Part shown: positions 19,660-29,537 of the stretch, piece by piece | Numbering within the stretch: the stretch's first letter is position 1 | Layout: the number at the start of each line of letters is the position of its first letter | NCBI GenBank assembly: GCA_023246445.1 | Contig: JAHFIJ010000003.1 | Span: 1 to 55,840, forward strand | Length of the DNA stretch: 55,840 nt | Source: Candidatus Woesearchaeota archaeon | GTDB taxonomy: Archaea > Nanobdellota > Nanobdellia > SCGC-AAA011-G17 > JACQNH01 | Reading direction: 5' to 3' | The notes under the pieces: generated by a model | What the model saw: the letters and a program-made list of their open reading frames with translations, nothing else | The model's database searches: none | What the model was told of the DNA's origin: nothing | Made by a program: the position numbers and the translations under genes

Positions 19660-19740
19660 TATATAAATGTAATTCCTTTTTCACTCTTAACCGATTGGAA
19701 TATAGCGATGTTTGTTGATATTTTTTAATTTGTAATTACT
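19660..19740. repeat. 80-bp direct repeat copy 2
   Basis: Matches 17959-18038; includes the last codons of the 19725..22940 gene and the MazG TATA box. Confidence 0.9.
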
Positions 19741-22700
19741 TTAATTTTCTGCATCTGATTATTGAAAATATCTGTGCATTGTATAAAATGTATTAGGTTT
19801 AAATCTACTGAGAATTGTTTTGAATTTTCAGCTATTCTAGTTGCGTTTGCGGAATTATCCTGTGCAAAGAAACAAGTTGATATTTCATTTGTGGATAAGA
19901 ATAGTTTAGTTGTTTCTTTGTAAATGCCAGTAATTAAAGGTGGTAAGGTATCTGCTTTTACTTCAAAGCTTATTATGGAAGAAGCCAAGTTATCTGCTGA
20001 ATCCCTACATTTAACAAAGAAGGTGTAGTTTCCTAAGATTAATGTTAAGGGCTGCTGTGATAATTGAGTATCTGTATTTAAAAATTCAATCATATTTTCA
20101 TAAACTGTATTCTGCTCTGAGAATCTGCAATTTGCAATACCGCTATCTGCACCCCCTTGTGTTGAAACCAATAGAGTTAAATTAGTTGCGAAAATTTCCC
20201 CTTTTGGTGTTGTGTCTGAGATTGATAAATTTTCAGTAGATATTAATGATAATTTGAAACTTTCCTGATTTGTGTTGTTTGCTAAATCCCTGCATCTGAA
20301 GAAAAAGTTATTTATTTTTTGCTTTTCTATATTTAATACAGTCTGGCATTCTGCTGATTTATAAAAAGTAAAGTTATATTCTAAAGGCAAAGCGCAGCCT
20401 AAATTATTATTTAACAGCTCAAAGTCATTATCTCTTGTATCAAATTTACAGTTTACAGGCTCTGAAACAAATAATGTTAATGGCATTGAACTGAAATCTG
20501 CATTTAGTTTTGTTCCATCTTTTAATGAAGAAGATTCAATTACTGGTGGTGTTAAGTCTGGCCCTGCCTGTGTTTCAAAATTTATTAAATATTCCCTGTT
20601 ATTCTTATTTCCTGAGGCATCCTGACATCTAATAAAAAAAGTGAAATCTTTTCCCGGCATTAGAGATAAGGTTGTATTATGCTCTTTTCTGTATATTCCG
20701 TCACCAATATTATTAGCCATTTCATCGAAGGTTTTTGTGTGAATGTCTGAAATTTTACATATAGCAAGCTCATGGGTTTTAATTCCGAATCTTATTGGTG
20801 CAAAGGGATTAATTTTGGGTGAGATTTTGAAACCAGATTCAACTGCAGCTAAAGTATAGCCTTTTGTTAAAACTTCTGAGTCTGGGGATATTAAAGGTGA
20901 GTTGGCGTCATTTGGATTAGAGTCAAAACATTTAACTTCTACTGTTCCTTCATTTACAATCTTACAATTTTGCCCTAAAGATCTGCATCTGTATTCTGAA
21001 CATTCTTTTGAAGGCTGATTGCATTTATCACAGTCTGAACCTCCTGTTGGAGCAACCCAAGGCCTGCATTCTATAATTTTCGTTGATACTAATCTATTTG
21101 TTAATAATTCTAAAATTAATTTTGTTACTGAATATGCTAAGAGAACCCAACCTACAATTTGAACTGCAAAAAGAAGATGACCTAAAAATGACTCTGCTAG
21201 TTGCGTTGCTGCTAATTCTGATGCTGCTTTCGTTCCGAGGTCTCCGAAAAGAAATGTCATGCTAGGTAAATAACCCTTTGTAAATATATGCAAAGCAATT
21301 TTAGTTACAAGTTTTTCAATCCCTAACAAAACCAAACCCGTAATTGCAGTTGCAACTGCTGATTCATCTTCCATCCAAGCCGCAAATCCAACCTGCTGTT
21401 CTGCATCTGGCGATAAAGGTTTAATATTCAAGCCTTTGGATTCTATAGAGTAATCTGTAAATGGTTGTTGAGGTAAAGTTCCTTCTGAAGATTCTGAAAA
21501 GCCTTCTGTAGTGTATTTACCAACAATATTATAATGAGCCCCGCAATCCCCTATTGAACGACAATGAGTGTTCATAGCAGTCAACCATTCATCGGTTTCA
21601 CAGATACAATTTCCCTTGCATTCCCAATCCCCAAATGGCTTTTTTTCATATAATACTTGGCAAGATGTAGATGCTGAAGAACATTCAGTGCCACCAGTAA
21701 AAGAAGAAACTTGCCTTGATTGTGTTTGGCCTAATTCCCAAAATCTAAATCCGGGCGGAACAGCGGGAATACATTTTCCATTCTCATCATCTCCTGCCCA
21801 GACACAAGTTCTTAATGAATTTTCACAGCATTTTTTATCATCCAGTATTTTTTCCTTAAAATTTGGAAAGTCTGGTTTGGCCTGATTACATGTTGTTATG
21901 CAATCAATAAAATTATTCTGCTTGCATTGTGCTTCTATATATGTTGAACCTGAGGGAAGATTAACCTCTGCATTAATACAGATTTCTTCCCTAAAATCCC
22001 TACAAGGCTCTATAATCTCTTCACCATTAACACACATATGCCTATAATGCCTTGAGCCCACTAAATCAAAACCTAATCCAGTTTTACCATCATAAGAACA
22101 CCACGATTCACCATTTTTTCTTGGAACCCCATCATTATCCATAGAAGGGGAGTCATAGGTTTTTTCGCAATTTATAGAGATACATTTAGGCTCACTATTT
22201 TTATCTGAACAAACAGTTCCTTTATTGTAATCGCAATCTTCTGCCTTGTCTTCCAAATTACCACAGGAGTCTACATAATAAACATCATCTTCAAAGCATT
22301 TTTTAGATTTTTTAGGAGTGCATTCACCACAATCATTTATAGAAGAACAAAATTTTCCAGATTCAAAATTATCTGTTACCTGACATTCATCTCTTGTAAT
22401 AAATTTGCAAGTATCCTCTGTGGAAGAAACACAGCAGCCTTTTTCCTGGGCTCTGCAGACATTAGTGCATTCTAATTCTGATGCAACTTCACGAAAATCA
22501 AATTCAAATTGATTATCCTTGAATAAAGCTTTAAAGGATTTTTTGCAATTTGCTTCTGTTCCTAGAAAACATTGAGAGCCTAGAACACAACAGCCTTGAG
22601 AACATTCATCCACTGAACAGTCTGCGGATGTTTTAAATATTTTATCCGGATCCTGACATGCTGCCTGAGGAGTATTTTTAAAACAATTAGATGAGGTTTT

Positions 22701-22940
22701 ATCTATGCAACAACCTAACTGACAATAAGTGGCTTTGTCACATGTATTTTTTAAATTTTGAGATCTTACATTTAAATCGCAATTTGACTCTTCAGTATAC
22801 AAACAAGTTTCTCCTGTTTTTGTTTTTTCACAGCAGGCTTGTTGAGCTGAAACCTGAGAAGAAAAATTAATAACAGAAAATATAGAGGTTAATATTATAG
22901 TGATTAGGAATAATGCTTTTGATTTAATAAGCTTAGTCAT
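19725..22940 (-). CDS. Giant Cys-rich secreted protein, paralog of 10295..14203
   Basis: Same motifs: CCEKTKTG, GESWC, GSRH, IGDCGA, CRPWVAP, GPDLTPP. Confidence 0.85.
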   Translation of the reverse strand: MTKLIKSKALFLITIILTSIFSVINFSSQVSAQQACCEKTKTGETCLYTEESNCDLNVRSQNLKNTCDKATYCQLGCCIDKTSSNCFKNTPQAACQDPDKIFKTSADCSVDECSQGCCVLGSQCFLGTEANCKKSFKALFKDNQFEFDFREVASELECTNVCRAQEKGCCVSSTEDTCKFITRDECQVTDNFESGKFCSSINDCGECTPKKSKKCFEDDVYYVDSCGNLEDKAEDCDYNKGTVCSDKNSEPKCISINCEKTYDSPSMDNDGVPRKNGESWCSYDGKTGLGFDLVGSRHYRHMCVNGEEIIEPCRDFREEICINAEVNLPSGSTYIEAQCKQNNFIDCITTCNQAKPDFPNFKEKILDDKKCCENSLRTCVWAGDDENGKCIPAVPPGFRFWELGQTQSRQVSSFTGGTECSSASTSCQVLYEKKPFGDWECKGNCICETDEWLTAMNTHCRSIGDCGAHYNIVGKYTTEGFSESSEGTLPQQPFTDYSIESKGLNIKPLSPDAEQQVGFAAWMEDESAVATAITGLVLLGIEKLVTKIALHIFTKGYLPSMTFLFGDLGTKAASELAATQLAESFLGHLLFAVQIVGWVLLAYSVTKLILELLTNRLVSTKIIECRPWVAPTGGSDCDKCNQPSKECSEYRCRSLGQNCKIVNEGTVEVKCFDSNPNDANSPLISPDSEVLTKGYTLAAVESGFKISPKINPFAPIRFGIKTHELAICKISDIHTKTFDEMANNIGDGIYRKEHNTTLSLMPGKDFTFFIRCQDASGNKNNREYLINFETQAGPDLTPPVIESSSLKDGTKLNADFSSMPLTLFVSEPVNCKFDTRDNDFELLNNNLGCALPLEYNFTFYKSAECQTVLNIEKQKINNFFFRCRDLANNTNQESFKLSLISTENLSISDTTPKGEIFATNLTLLVSTQGGADSGIANCRFSEQNTVYENMIEFLNTDTQLSQQPLTLILGNYTFFVKCRDSADNLASSIISFEVKADTLPPLITGIYKETTKLFLSTNEISTCFFAQDNSANATRIAENSKQFSVDLNLIHFIQCTDIFNNQMQKIKVITN

Positions 22941-23081
22941 TTTTAACCCCTTTTTAATTAGAAAAGTAAGTAAAAGCAGTATATAAATATGTTTTTGTTC
23001 TAATGATCAGAATAAAAAGCATTAAATTTTTAGATATTGTATTTAAGTGATTTATTTTTAATGAAGATTTTAACAAGAAAA

Positions 23082-23357
23082 CTATAAGCCAAAGGCATCA
23101 GTAATGTTTTTAATTTTCCTTAATTCTTCTGTTAATTTTAAGCCATTATCTGTAATCCTGAAGAATTTCTTTTCACCATCAGTTATCTCTTCTATCAACT
23201 GCTTAACTAATAATTCATCTATGTAAATCTTTAATCTGTCATGGCTCAAGTTTCCACCATATAAAATATGTGTTGGTTTAACTTTCCCACCTTTCCTCTG
23301 CATTAGGAAAAGGATGTCGCCAATTATTTCTATTTTTGATCTTCTTTTTGATGCCAT
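23082..23357 (-). CDS. Winged-helix transcriptional regulator (HTH_45-like)
   Basis: RRSKIEIIGDIL...THILYGGNLS...ITDNG. Confidence 0.8.
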   Translation of the reverse strand: MASKRRSKIEIIGDILFLMQRKGGKVKPTHILYGGNLSHDRLKIYIDELLVKQLIEEITDGEKKFFRITDNGLKLTEELRKIKNITDAFGL

Positions 23358-24001
23358 TTTGTTTCAATCCTTAGAACAATTGCCAAGAAAAATAAAAATG
23401 CAACTAACTGAATTGTATATGCTGCTGCAACTATCTCTGTCACAGGCCCTAAAAAGAATAGTAAGGCGTGACTTAATAAGAATAATATAAAAGCAATAAT
23501 GACTAATAACTTGTTTAATTCTTTTTTCTCTAAATAATTTCTTGCTTGATAGAATAGTACAAATAATAATAAGCCTATAGCAACTGCATTAAAAAACCTG
23601 AAAGAATGATAAGCCGGATACATTAAAGCCAGGATTAAAAAACCAATTAGAGTTAGTTCTGCCTTTTCCTTTATTTCTGAGTAGATTAAAATAAATAGAG
23701 TATAGGCTGTTAAAGTAAATAAAATATAAACACCATATATTGAGTGGTAGACAGGAATTATATTTTTGATAACATCAGGTATTGCTTCCGGGAAAAAGTA
23801 GCTGGTTGTTTTATGGATTACAAAGGCGGTTATTAATATTACATAGCCCATTAACTGCAATAAAAAGGACAGACCAAAAAAGGCGTATTTCTTCTCATTT
23901 GTTAATTTATAGGCCTTATAACCATAAAGAGCTATAATTGCAGCTACTATAACACTGATTATATTCAAGAAATAATAGATATTATGCATTACGAATACCA
24001 T
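23330..24001 (-). CDS. Multi-pass membrane protein coupled to wHTH regulator
   Basis: About 7 hydrophobic segments; overlaps regulator start. Confidence 0.7.
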   Translation of the reverse strand: MVFVMHNIYYFLNIISVIVAAIIALYGYKAYKLTNEKKYAFFGLSFLLQLMGYVILITAFVIHKTTSYFFPEAIPDVIKNIIPVYHSIYGVYILFTLTAYTLFILIYSEIKEKAELTLIGFLILALMYPAYHSFRFFNAVAIGLLLFVLFYQARNYLEKKELNKLLVIIAFILFLLSHALLFFLGPVTEIVAAAYTIQLVAFLFFLAIVLRIETKWHQKEDQK

Positions 24002-24176
24002 TGTGTAGTAAGTAAACCTTATTGATGGTTTATAAATATTATGATTTTTTCCTCTCTATAAAACTTCCTTACAAGCCTTTCATAAGGCATTTATAAGCGG
24101 TTTTATTATTAATCCTAACAGAAGTTGGAGGTGATAACAAAAAAAATGAAAAATAACTGAAAAATAAAGGCTGCGT

Positions 24177-24209
24177 GGGGGGTTATAATTGTAACCTCCC
24201 TTTATATTT
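24177..24209 (+). terminator. Hairpin followed by T-rich tract
   Basis: GGGGGGTTAT-AATT-GTAACCTCCC then TTTATATTT. Confidence 0.45.
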
Positions 24210-24306
24210 ATGTTGCGTTACGAGACCAATTTAGAGGCTCCTTGAAGTTTGTTATGCTATTGAATTTTGGGGGGCTTCTATTCCTCCTTTTGAATTTTAA
24301 TCAGAA

Positions 24307-24873
24307 TTAATGACAACCACAAGAAGATTTACCACAAGAAGATTTTTTATTTGGATTAGAAATTTTAAAGCCTGAATGTTCTGGATTATCTATGAAATCA
24401 ACTTCTGAACCCCTTAGATTTTTCCATGAATCAGGATCAATAACAACCTTGGATTTATCTGCCAAAATTAAATGATCATCAGGCAATTGTTCTGAAAAAC
24501 CGAGAACATACTGAGCACCTGAACAACCACCTGGAACAACTTGAATTCTGAAAACGGCTTTTTGGTTTTTTTCTTTTTTAGATAATTCAAGAATTTTGTC
24601 TGATGCTGTTTTTGAGATTGTGACTTTGTTTGATATTATTTTAGGTTTTTGATTTAAAGCCAGAGTATTTATCTCCTTTAGCATTAATTCAAACTCTTTT
24701 TTATCCATTCCATGGCTTAAGGCACCTTGCTCCAGTGTTTCCATAGGATTAGCATGGCAACCAATACAGTGCAAACCGTGTGATAACATAACTTCTGTAG
24801 TGTCTGGATATTTTGATACTACCCCCCCAATTGCCATATCTTTTGTTACTAACTGATTATTTTTTGTTTTCAT
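24307..24873 (-). CDS. DUF1858 domain fused to HesB/IscA A-type Fe-S carrier
   Basis: GLHCIGC...ETLEQGALSHG, then GGCSG...GSEVDF...GFKISNPN...CG. Confidence 0.85.
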   Translation of the reverse strand: MKTKNNQLVTKDMAIGGVVSKYPDTTEVMLSHGLHCIGCHANPMETLEQGALSHGMDKKEFELMLKEINTLALNQKPKIISNKVTISKTASDKILELSKKEKNQKAVFRIQVVPGGCSGAQYVLGFSEQLPDDHLILADKSKVVIDPDSWKNLRGSEVDFIDNPEHSGFKISNPNKKSSCGKSSCGCH

Positions 24874-24938
24874 GTTGAATAGAAAAATAAAATTATTTAT
24901 ATAATTATCCTTTTTCGTTAACAGCGTTACCTTTTAAT

Positions 24939-25289
24939 TTATTCATTCTCGCATTTGTCGCTAAGATCTTTACAGGATCTAACAAAATTAGCCTTGAACC
25001 TTTTTTCTGCTTCGTCTAATTCATTTACTAAGATATTAAAACCACCAATACCCAAAAGAAAAATCTCTGAGAGTGGAGGTGGCTGACCGGCAAGAACATT
25101 TACCATAAAAAATGGCATACCTAACACAAAAGTTGGAATGTGAAATCTGTTATATAAACCAGTAAGAGTATTGTAAATATTGCTAAAGAATCCAGAATCA
25201 TATTTATAATTACTCTCCTCTAAAAAATGAGATTTTGAAGATAATTCATTTAAGTCTAATCTTTCTTCATTTAACGGATATTGAGCCAT
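24939..25289 (-). CDS. Hypothetical membrane protein
   Basis: 116-aa ORF with two hydrophobic stretches. Confidence 0.55.
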   Translation of the reverse strand: MAQYPLNEERLDLNELSSKSHFLEESNYKYDSGFFSNIYNTLTGLYNRFHIPTFVLGMPFFMVNVLAGQPPPLSEIFLLGIGGFNILVNELDEAEKRFKANFVRSCKDLSDKCENE

Positions 25290-25448
25290 AAATATTATTA
25301 AGAAATTCGATTTTTAAATTTAATGAATTAGTCATTGTGCACTAGTCCAATAGATATGGTGGTTTTTTATTCTTATTTTTTAATCCTTTAAAACAATTTA
25401 TGAAATGCAAAATATACCTAAACAGGTCTTTTCTCATCTAATTATTGA

Positions 25449-25560
25449 ATATAACATCGGAATTTAACGAAGTCGTGAGCGTAACGAGTATATATATGCG
25501 AAGCACGGGGGGGTTCGTCGTTCTATCGTTTGAGCGAAGCGATACATCAAGAACAGTATA
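25449..25560 (-). mobile_element. attC-like element (3' half) downstream of 25633..26163
   Basis: Minus strand GTATCGCTTCGCTC...CGATAGAACG...CTTCGTTAAAT-TCCGAT-GTTATAT; CTTCGTTAAAT identical to 15686-15696. Confidence 0.55.
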
Positions 25561-25632
25561 ACACAAATTCTATTAAAACGTTCCTAAATCAAATAGATTA
25601 GCCATAATAATAGAATAAAGAGGTCGGTGGGC

Positions 25633-26163
25633 TTACTTTATTTCGATAATTTTATCGGCGCTTCCAAATGAAATTTTGTATTTACTAGGAATGGCATTTT
25701 TTAAATCATAACTTTGCATACTCCTATTGATTAATTCATTATTGTAAGGATTTTTACTGTAAGGATTTAAGCAAGATTCCACAATTCCTTTTCTTTCATA
25801 AATTTTTGAATTCCAAGTAAAATCTCCACTCTTAAAATTAGGTTTTGGGAATCTGCAAGAACCAAAATCACAATGCATTGGCAAACCAATCATTTCACCA
25901 TTAACACAAGCCCATCCACCAAAACCATATAATTGTGTTGGAACTATTTCCCAACCAGTTGTTTCCTGTTTGAATATTTGAATTTCTTTATTACTGCATG
26001 TGCACTCTTCAAGACTAAAGTCAGACCAATGAATTTGTATTTTTTCACCTAGAGAATATACCTTTTTGTCAGTTGAAAGAGTTTGAATACCCGAAACTGA
26101 AAAGTAGATTAAACCAAATAGAATTACAAAAATGATTATAAGTATTGGGTATCGTTTTTTCAT
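25633..26163 (-). CDS. Secreted Cys-containing hypothetical protein (cassette-like)
   Basis: N-terminal TM then TDKKVYSLGEKI beta-rich domain. Confidence 0.75.
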   Translation of the reverse strand: MKKRYPILIIIFVILFGLIYFSVSGIQTLSTDKKVYSLGEKIQIHWSDFSLEECTCSNKEIQIFKQETTGWEIVPTQLYGFGGWACVNGEMIGLPMHCDFGSCRFPKPNFKSGDFTWNSKIYERKGIVESCLNPYSKNPYNNELINRSMQSYDLKNAIPSKYKISFGSADKIIEIK

Positions 26164-26267
26164 TATAATGTATTATATTATTGGGTATATTTAAATCCAC
26201 CGAAAACTTCAACGAAAGTTGAAACAATCTACGAGCCGGCCTCTTTCTATTTTTAGCCAATTTTTTT

Positions 26268-26332
26268 ATTGCGTATAGCATCGGATTCCCGTTATCCGCC
26301 CCAAGCCGAAGGCAAGGGACAGTATGACGCAT
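26268..26332 (-). mobile_element. Degenerate attC-like element between cassette-like genes
   Basis: GC-rich GCCTTCGGC hairpin then TCCGAT-GCTATAC-GCAAT, matching the TCCGAT-GTTATAT-TCAAT end at 25449. Confidence 0.45.
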
Positions 26333-26346
26333 GAGCCCAAAATACG

Positions 26347-26778
26347 TTAGAAGAATAAAAACTTTATAATTAATATTAGAATAATAAAACCAATAATATA
26401 AGGAATCATCTTAAAAAAATCTCTAAAATTTTCATCATCTTTTTTAGCATCAATCTCTGCTTGTTTTTTATATTCTTTAGATTGGAGATTAATTTTATTG
26501 TGTAAATCTTTTGAAGAGATTTTTTTATGATAGTAATCAAGAATTATTTTTTCATATTTATTTGGTATTTCATCATAATCAGAATTACACTTATCACATG
26601 TTTTGAAAACTCGTTCTGATGCCCAAAAATAATTTATTGGAATGAAATACAAAGTGTTATATCTTTTGCCAATAATAATTCTATGTTTAAGTTTATGTTT
26701 TTCACATGAACTTTCAAGCTCAGGAATATCAATATTTAATTCCGCTATTGGTTTTATTTTCCATCCAAATATAATCAT
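26347..26778 (-). CDS. Zinc-ribbon membrane protein (cassette-like)
   Basis: MIIFGW...TLYFIP...CDKC; C-terminal TM; flanked by 13-bp inverted repeats. Confidence 0.75.
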   Translation of the reverse strand: MIIFGWKIKPIAELNIDIPELESSCEKHKLKHRIIIGKRYNTLYFIPINYFWASERVFKTCDKCNSDYDEIPNKYEKIILDYYHKKISSKDLHNKINLQSKEYKKQAEIDAKKDDENFRDFFKMIPYIIGFIILILIIKFLFF

Positions 26779-27024
26779 AACTAGAATAGATTAATTGATT
26801 TATATAAAGTTTTAGTATTTTGGGCTCCGAGTAATATTGCAATTAACATCTGGCTTAAACAACCCCAATGGCTCGAATGGAATGAAGTGACCTCGAGAGT
26901 TTTTTACGAAGTAAAAAATTTCGTTGAACATAATAGACAGTATTCACAAGACATACGATTGTGCTCTTAAAGCATGGAATAAACTTAGGAAAAAGTTTCT
27001 TGAGCATTACAAGTCCATGAATAT

Positions 27025-27771
27025 TTAGTCATTTGGAACTCTTGGGGCCATGATAAAACTTAACTCTAATTTATCTTTTATTTTGTAGCTTAATTTTATT
27101 GGATAGTCTTGGCCAAATTCCAAAGATACAATCTCTGAAAATTTAGAAGCTTTCATGAATTTTTTTAAATATTCTACACCATATCTTGATTTTACACTAT
27201 CCCCTGTTAAATTAATAATCATGCTATCACTATTAGGGATCTCTACTTTTGCAGAATTAACTGATGATTCAGCCTCTAAGATTAATTTATCTTTATGGAC
27301 TATTAAAGCGACAGCATCTGAGATAATTGATATATCTTCTACTGCATCATTTAAGTTTAAAGCGGGCATTTCTATTTTTAATGGAAAATTTAAGTCAGGA
27401 ATCTTTTTTTCCTCTTCTTCTAATTCCAGCAAAGAGATATGAAATGTTCTTGTTGTGTCTCCTTTCAATTGTATTTTTAGACTGTTTTTTTCTTTATCTA
27501 ATTCTATTTTAATTGTATCTGAAGTTTTTGCCCTGTTTAAGACTGATTTTAGGCTATCCAGGGACAGAGATAACTCCAGATGCTCTGGAACTTCATATTC
27601 AACAAAGGCAGATGATAAAAGCTTAAAATTAACCAAAGAAATTTTAGCAGGATCTAAGGCAATTAATTCAATCTTATCGCTATCAAATTTGAATTTTACT
27701 TCATTAACTATATCTGAGATTATAGATACGGGCTCTTTTAAAAATCTTGGCTCTGATAGTAGTAGATTCAT
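27025..27771 (-). CDS. pcn: DNA polymerase sliding clamp PCNA
   Basis: ALDPAKISLV, SRYGVEYL, GQDYPI, FIMAPR; 248 aa. Confidence 0.95.
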   Translation of the reverse strand: MNLLLSEPRFLKEPVSIISDIVNEVKFKFDSDKIELIALDPAKISLVNFKLLSSAFVEYEVPEHLELSLSLDSLKSVLNRAKTSDTIKIELDKEKNSLKIQLKGDTTRTFHISLLELEEEEKKIPDLNFPLKIEMPALNLNDAVEDISIISDAVALIVHKDKLILEAESSVNSAKVEIPNSDSMIINLTGDSVKSRYGVEYLKKFMKASKFSEIVSLEFGQDYPIKLSYKIKDKLELSFIMAPRVPND

Positions 27772-27826
27772 CTGTTTACAGGCTTGAGATTAATTTATAA
27801 CCATTATTGTAATGCTTTGTATATGA

Positions 27827-28246
27827 TTATTCGTGTATTTCAGAATGATTCTTCATTACAAATGCGTCTACCAGCAGATATATACCAAAAAAGGCTAATA
27901 TCCCCTGAAAAACCGTTAAATCTGTAAATGGTAGAGGGATTTTAATTATATTTAATTTTAAAACTAAGACAGGGATAATCCCAATTGCTAAGATAATTAA
28001 ACCTGCTAGGATTGATAGAAATTTCCCACCACCATGACTAATAGAGAAAGAGTCTACGAATAATAAAAAGCCTCCAATTACCAGGCAAATGTAAATGAAC
28101 AGATCATTGTTGAAAAAATTAGATAAAAAGGCTAATGCCTGAATGTTTTTAAAAATTAACTGATAAGAGCCTATAAATAAAAATATTAAACCTAAAATAA
28201 AACTGGATATACTTCTATAACCTTTTACCCAACCCCTTTTGTTCAT
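27827..28246 (-). CDS. 4-TM membrane protein
   Basis: Four hydrophobic helices with internal duplication. Confidence 0.7.
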   Translation of the reverse strand: MNKRGWVKGYRSISSFILGLIFLFIGSYQLIFKNIQALAFLSNFFNNDLFIYICLVIGGFLLFVDSFSISHGGGKFLSILAGLIILAIGIIPVLVLKLNIIKIPLPFTDLTVFQGILAFFGIYLLVDAFVMKNHSEIHE

Positions 28247-28364
28247 GGATTTTAGTATAAAGTGAGATATTTAAAGATTATTATTCTGTTTTAATAAAAA
28301 TAGTAATCTAAAATACAGATTTTAGCTACAATATATTTTTATATGCACGTCTAAACGAAAGAAT

Positions 28365-29537
28365 ATGGTAAAACAGGAAAGTGTTTATTATATAACTTCT
28401 GAGAGCGTTACTGAAGGGCATCCGGATAAAATTTGCGACCAGATCAGTGATGCAATTTTAGACAATTTAATTTCACAAGACCCATATTCCAGAGTTGCAA
28501 TTGAGTGCTTAACAACTACCGGAACAGTTCATGTGGCTGGAGAAGTTACAACTAAAGGGTATGTGAATGTTCAGAAAATTGTTAGGGAAACATTAAGAGA
28601 GATAGGATATACAAATCCATTATTTGGAATTGATGCTGATGATGCAGGAGTCTGGGTTAGTATTCACGGACAAAGTCCGGATATTGCTCTTGGAGTTGAT
28701 GAAAATCCTGATGCAAATAAGGATCAGGGTGCTGGAGATCAGGGGATGATGTATGGCTTTGCCTGCAATGAAACTCCTGAATTAATGCCATTTCCTATTA
28801 TTACAGCACATAGATTAACCAGAAGAATGGCTGAAGTAAGAAAAAAAGGAATTATTAATGAATTAGGTCCTGATGGAAAGTCACAGGTTTCGGTCAGATA
28901 TAAAAATGGAAGGCCTGAGAAGATAATTGCGGTTGTAATCGCACAGCAACATACAAATAATATTGATGAAAAAGAATTAAGAGAAAAAATTATTAAAAAT
29001 GTAGTAGAGCCAATATGCAGGGATATGATCGATGATGAAACCAAGATTTACGTGAATGCTACAGGGAGATTTGTTATTGGTGGGCCTGAAGGAGACACAG
29101 GCGTAACAGGAAGAAAAATAATAGTTGATACTTATGGTGGTGTTGGAAGGCATGGTGGCGGCTGTTTTAGCGGGAAGGACCCAAGTAAGGTTGACAGATC
29201 AGGTGCATATATGTCAAGGCATATTGCAAAAAATATAGTTGCAGCCGGATTATCAGATAAATGTGAGGTGCAAGTAAGCTACTCTATTGGGATTGCTAAG
29301 CCTACTTCATTAAATATAGACACATTTGGAACTGGAAAGATTTCAGATGAAAAAATAAAGGAATTAGTGGAAAAACATTTTGATTTGAGACCAAAAGCAA
29401 TTATCACATATTTAAATTTAAGAAGACCAATATTCAAGAAAACTGCAGCTTACGGACATTTTGGCAGGAGTGAAGAAGAGTTTACATGGGAACATACTAA
29501 TAAAGCTGAGATTTTAAAAAAAGAATCCGGAATCTGA
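28365..29537 (+). CDS. metK: S-adenosylmethionine synthetase, bacterial/eukaryotic type
   Basis: [41 protein letters not shown]. Confidence 0.97.
   Translation: MVKQESVYYITSESVTEGHPDKICDQISDAILDNLISQDPYSRVAIECLTTTGTVHVAGEVTTKGYVNVQKIVRETLREIGYTNPLFGIDADDAGVWVSIHGQSPDIALGVDENPDANKDQGAGDQGMMYGFACNETPELMPFPIITAHRLTRRMAEVRKKGIINELGPDGKSQVSVRYKNGRPEKIIAVVIAQQHTNNIDEKELREKIIKNVVEPICRDMIDDETKIYVNATGRFVIGGPEGDTGVTGRKIIVDTYGGVGRHGGGCFSGKDPSKVDRSGAYMSRHIAKNIVAAGLSDKCEVQVSYSIGIAKPTSLNIDTFGTGKISDEKIKELVEKHFDLRPKAIITYLNLRRPIFKKTAAYGHFGRSEEEFTWEHTNKAEILKKESGI

Noticed and set aside
10295-22940. Diversity-generating retroelement TR/VR pair
   Set aside because: No reverse transcriptase in the window; differences between the paralogs and between the 80-bp repeats are not adenine-specific.
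26069-26332. 87-aa ORF
   Set aside because: Runs through the intergenic attC-like element and overlaps a real gene.
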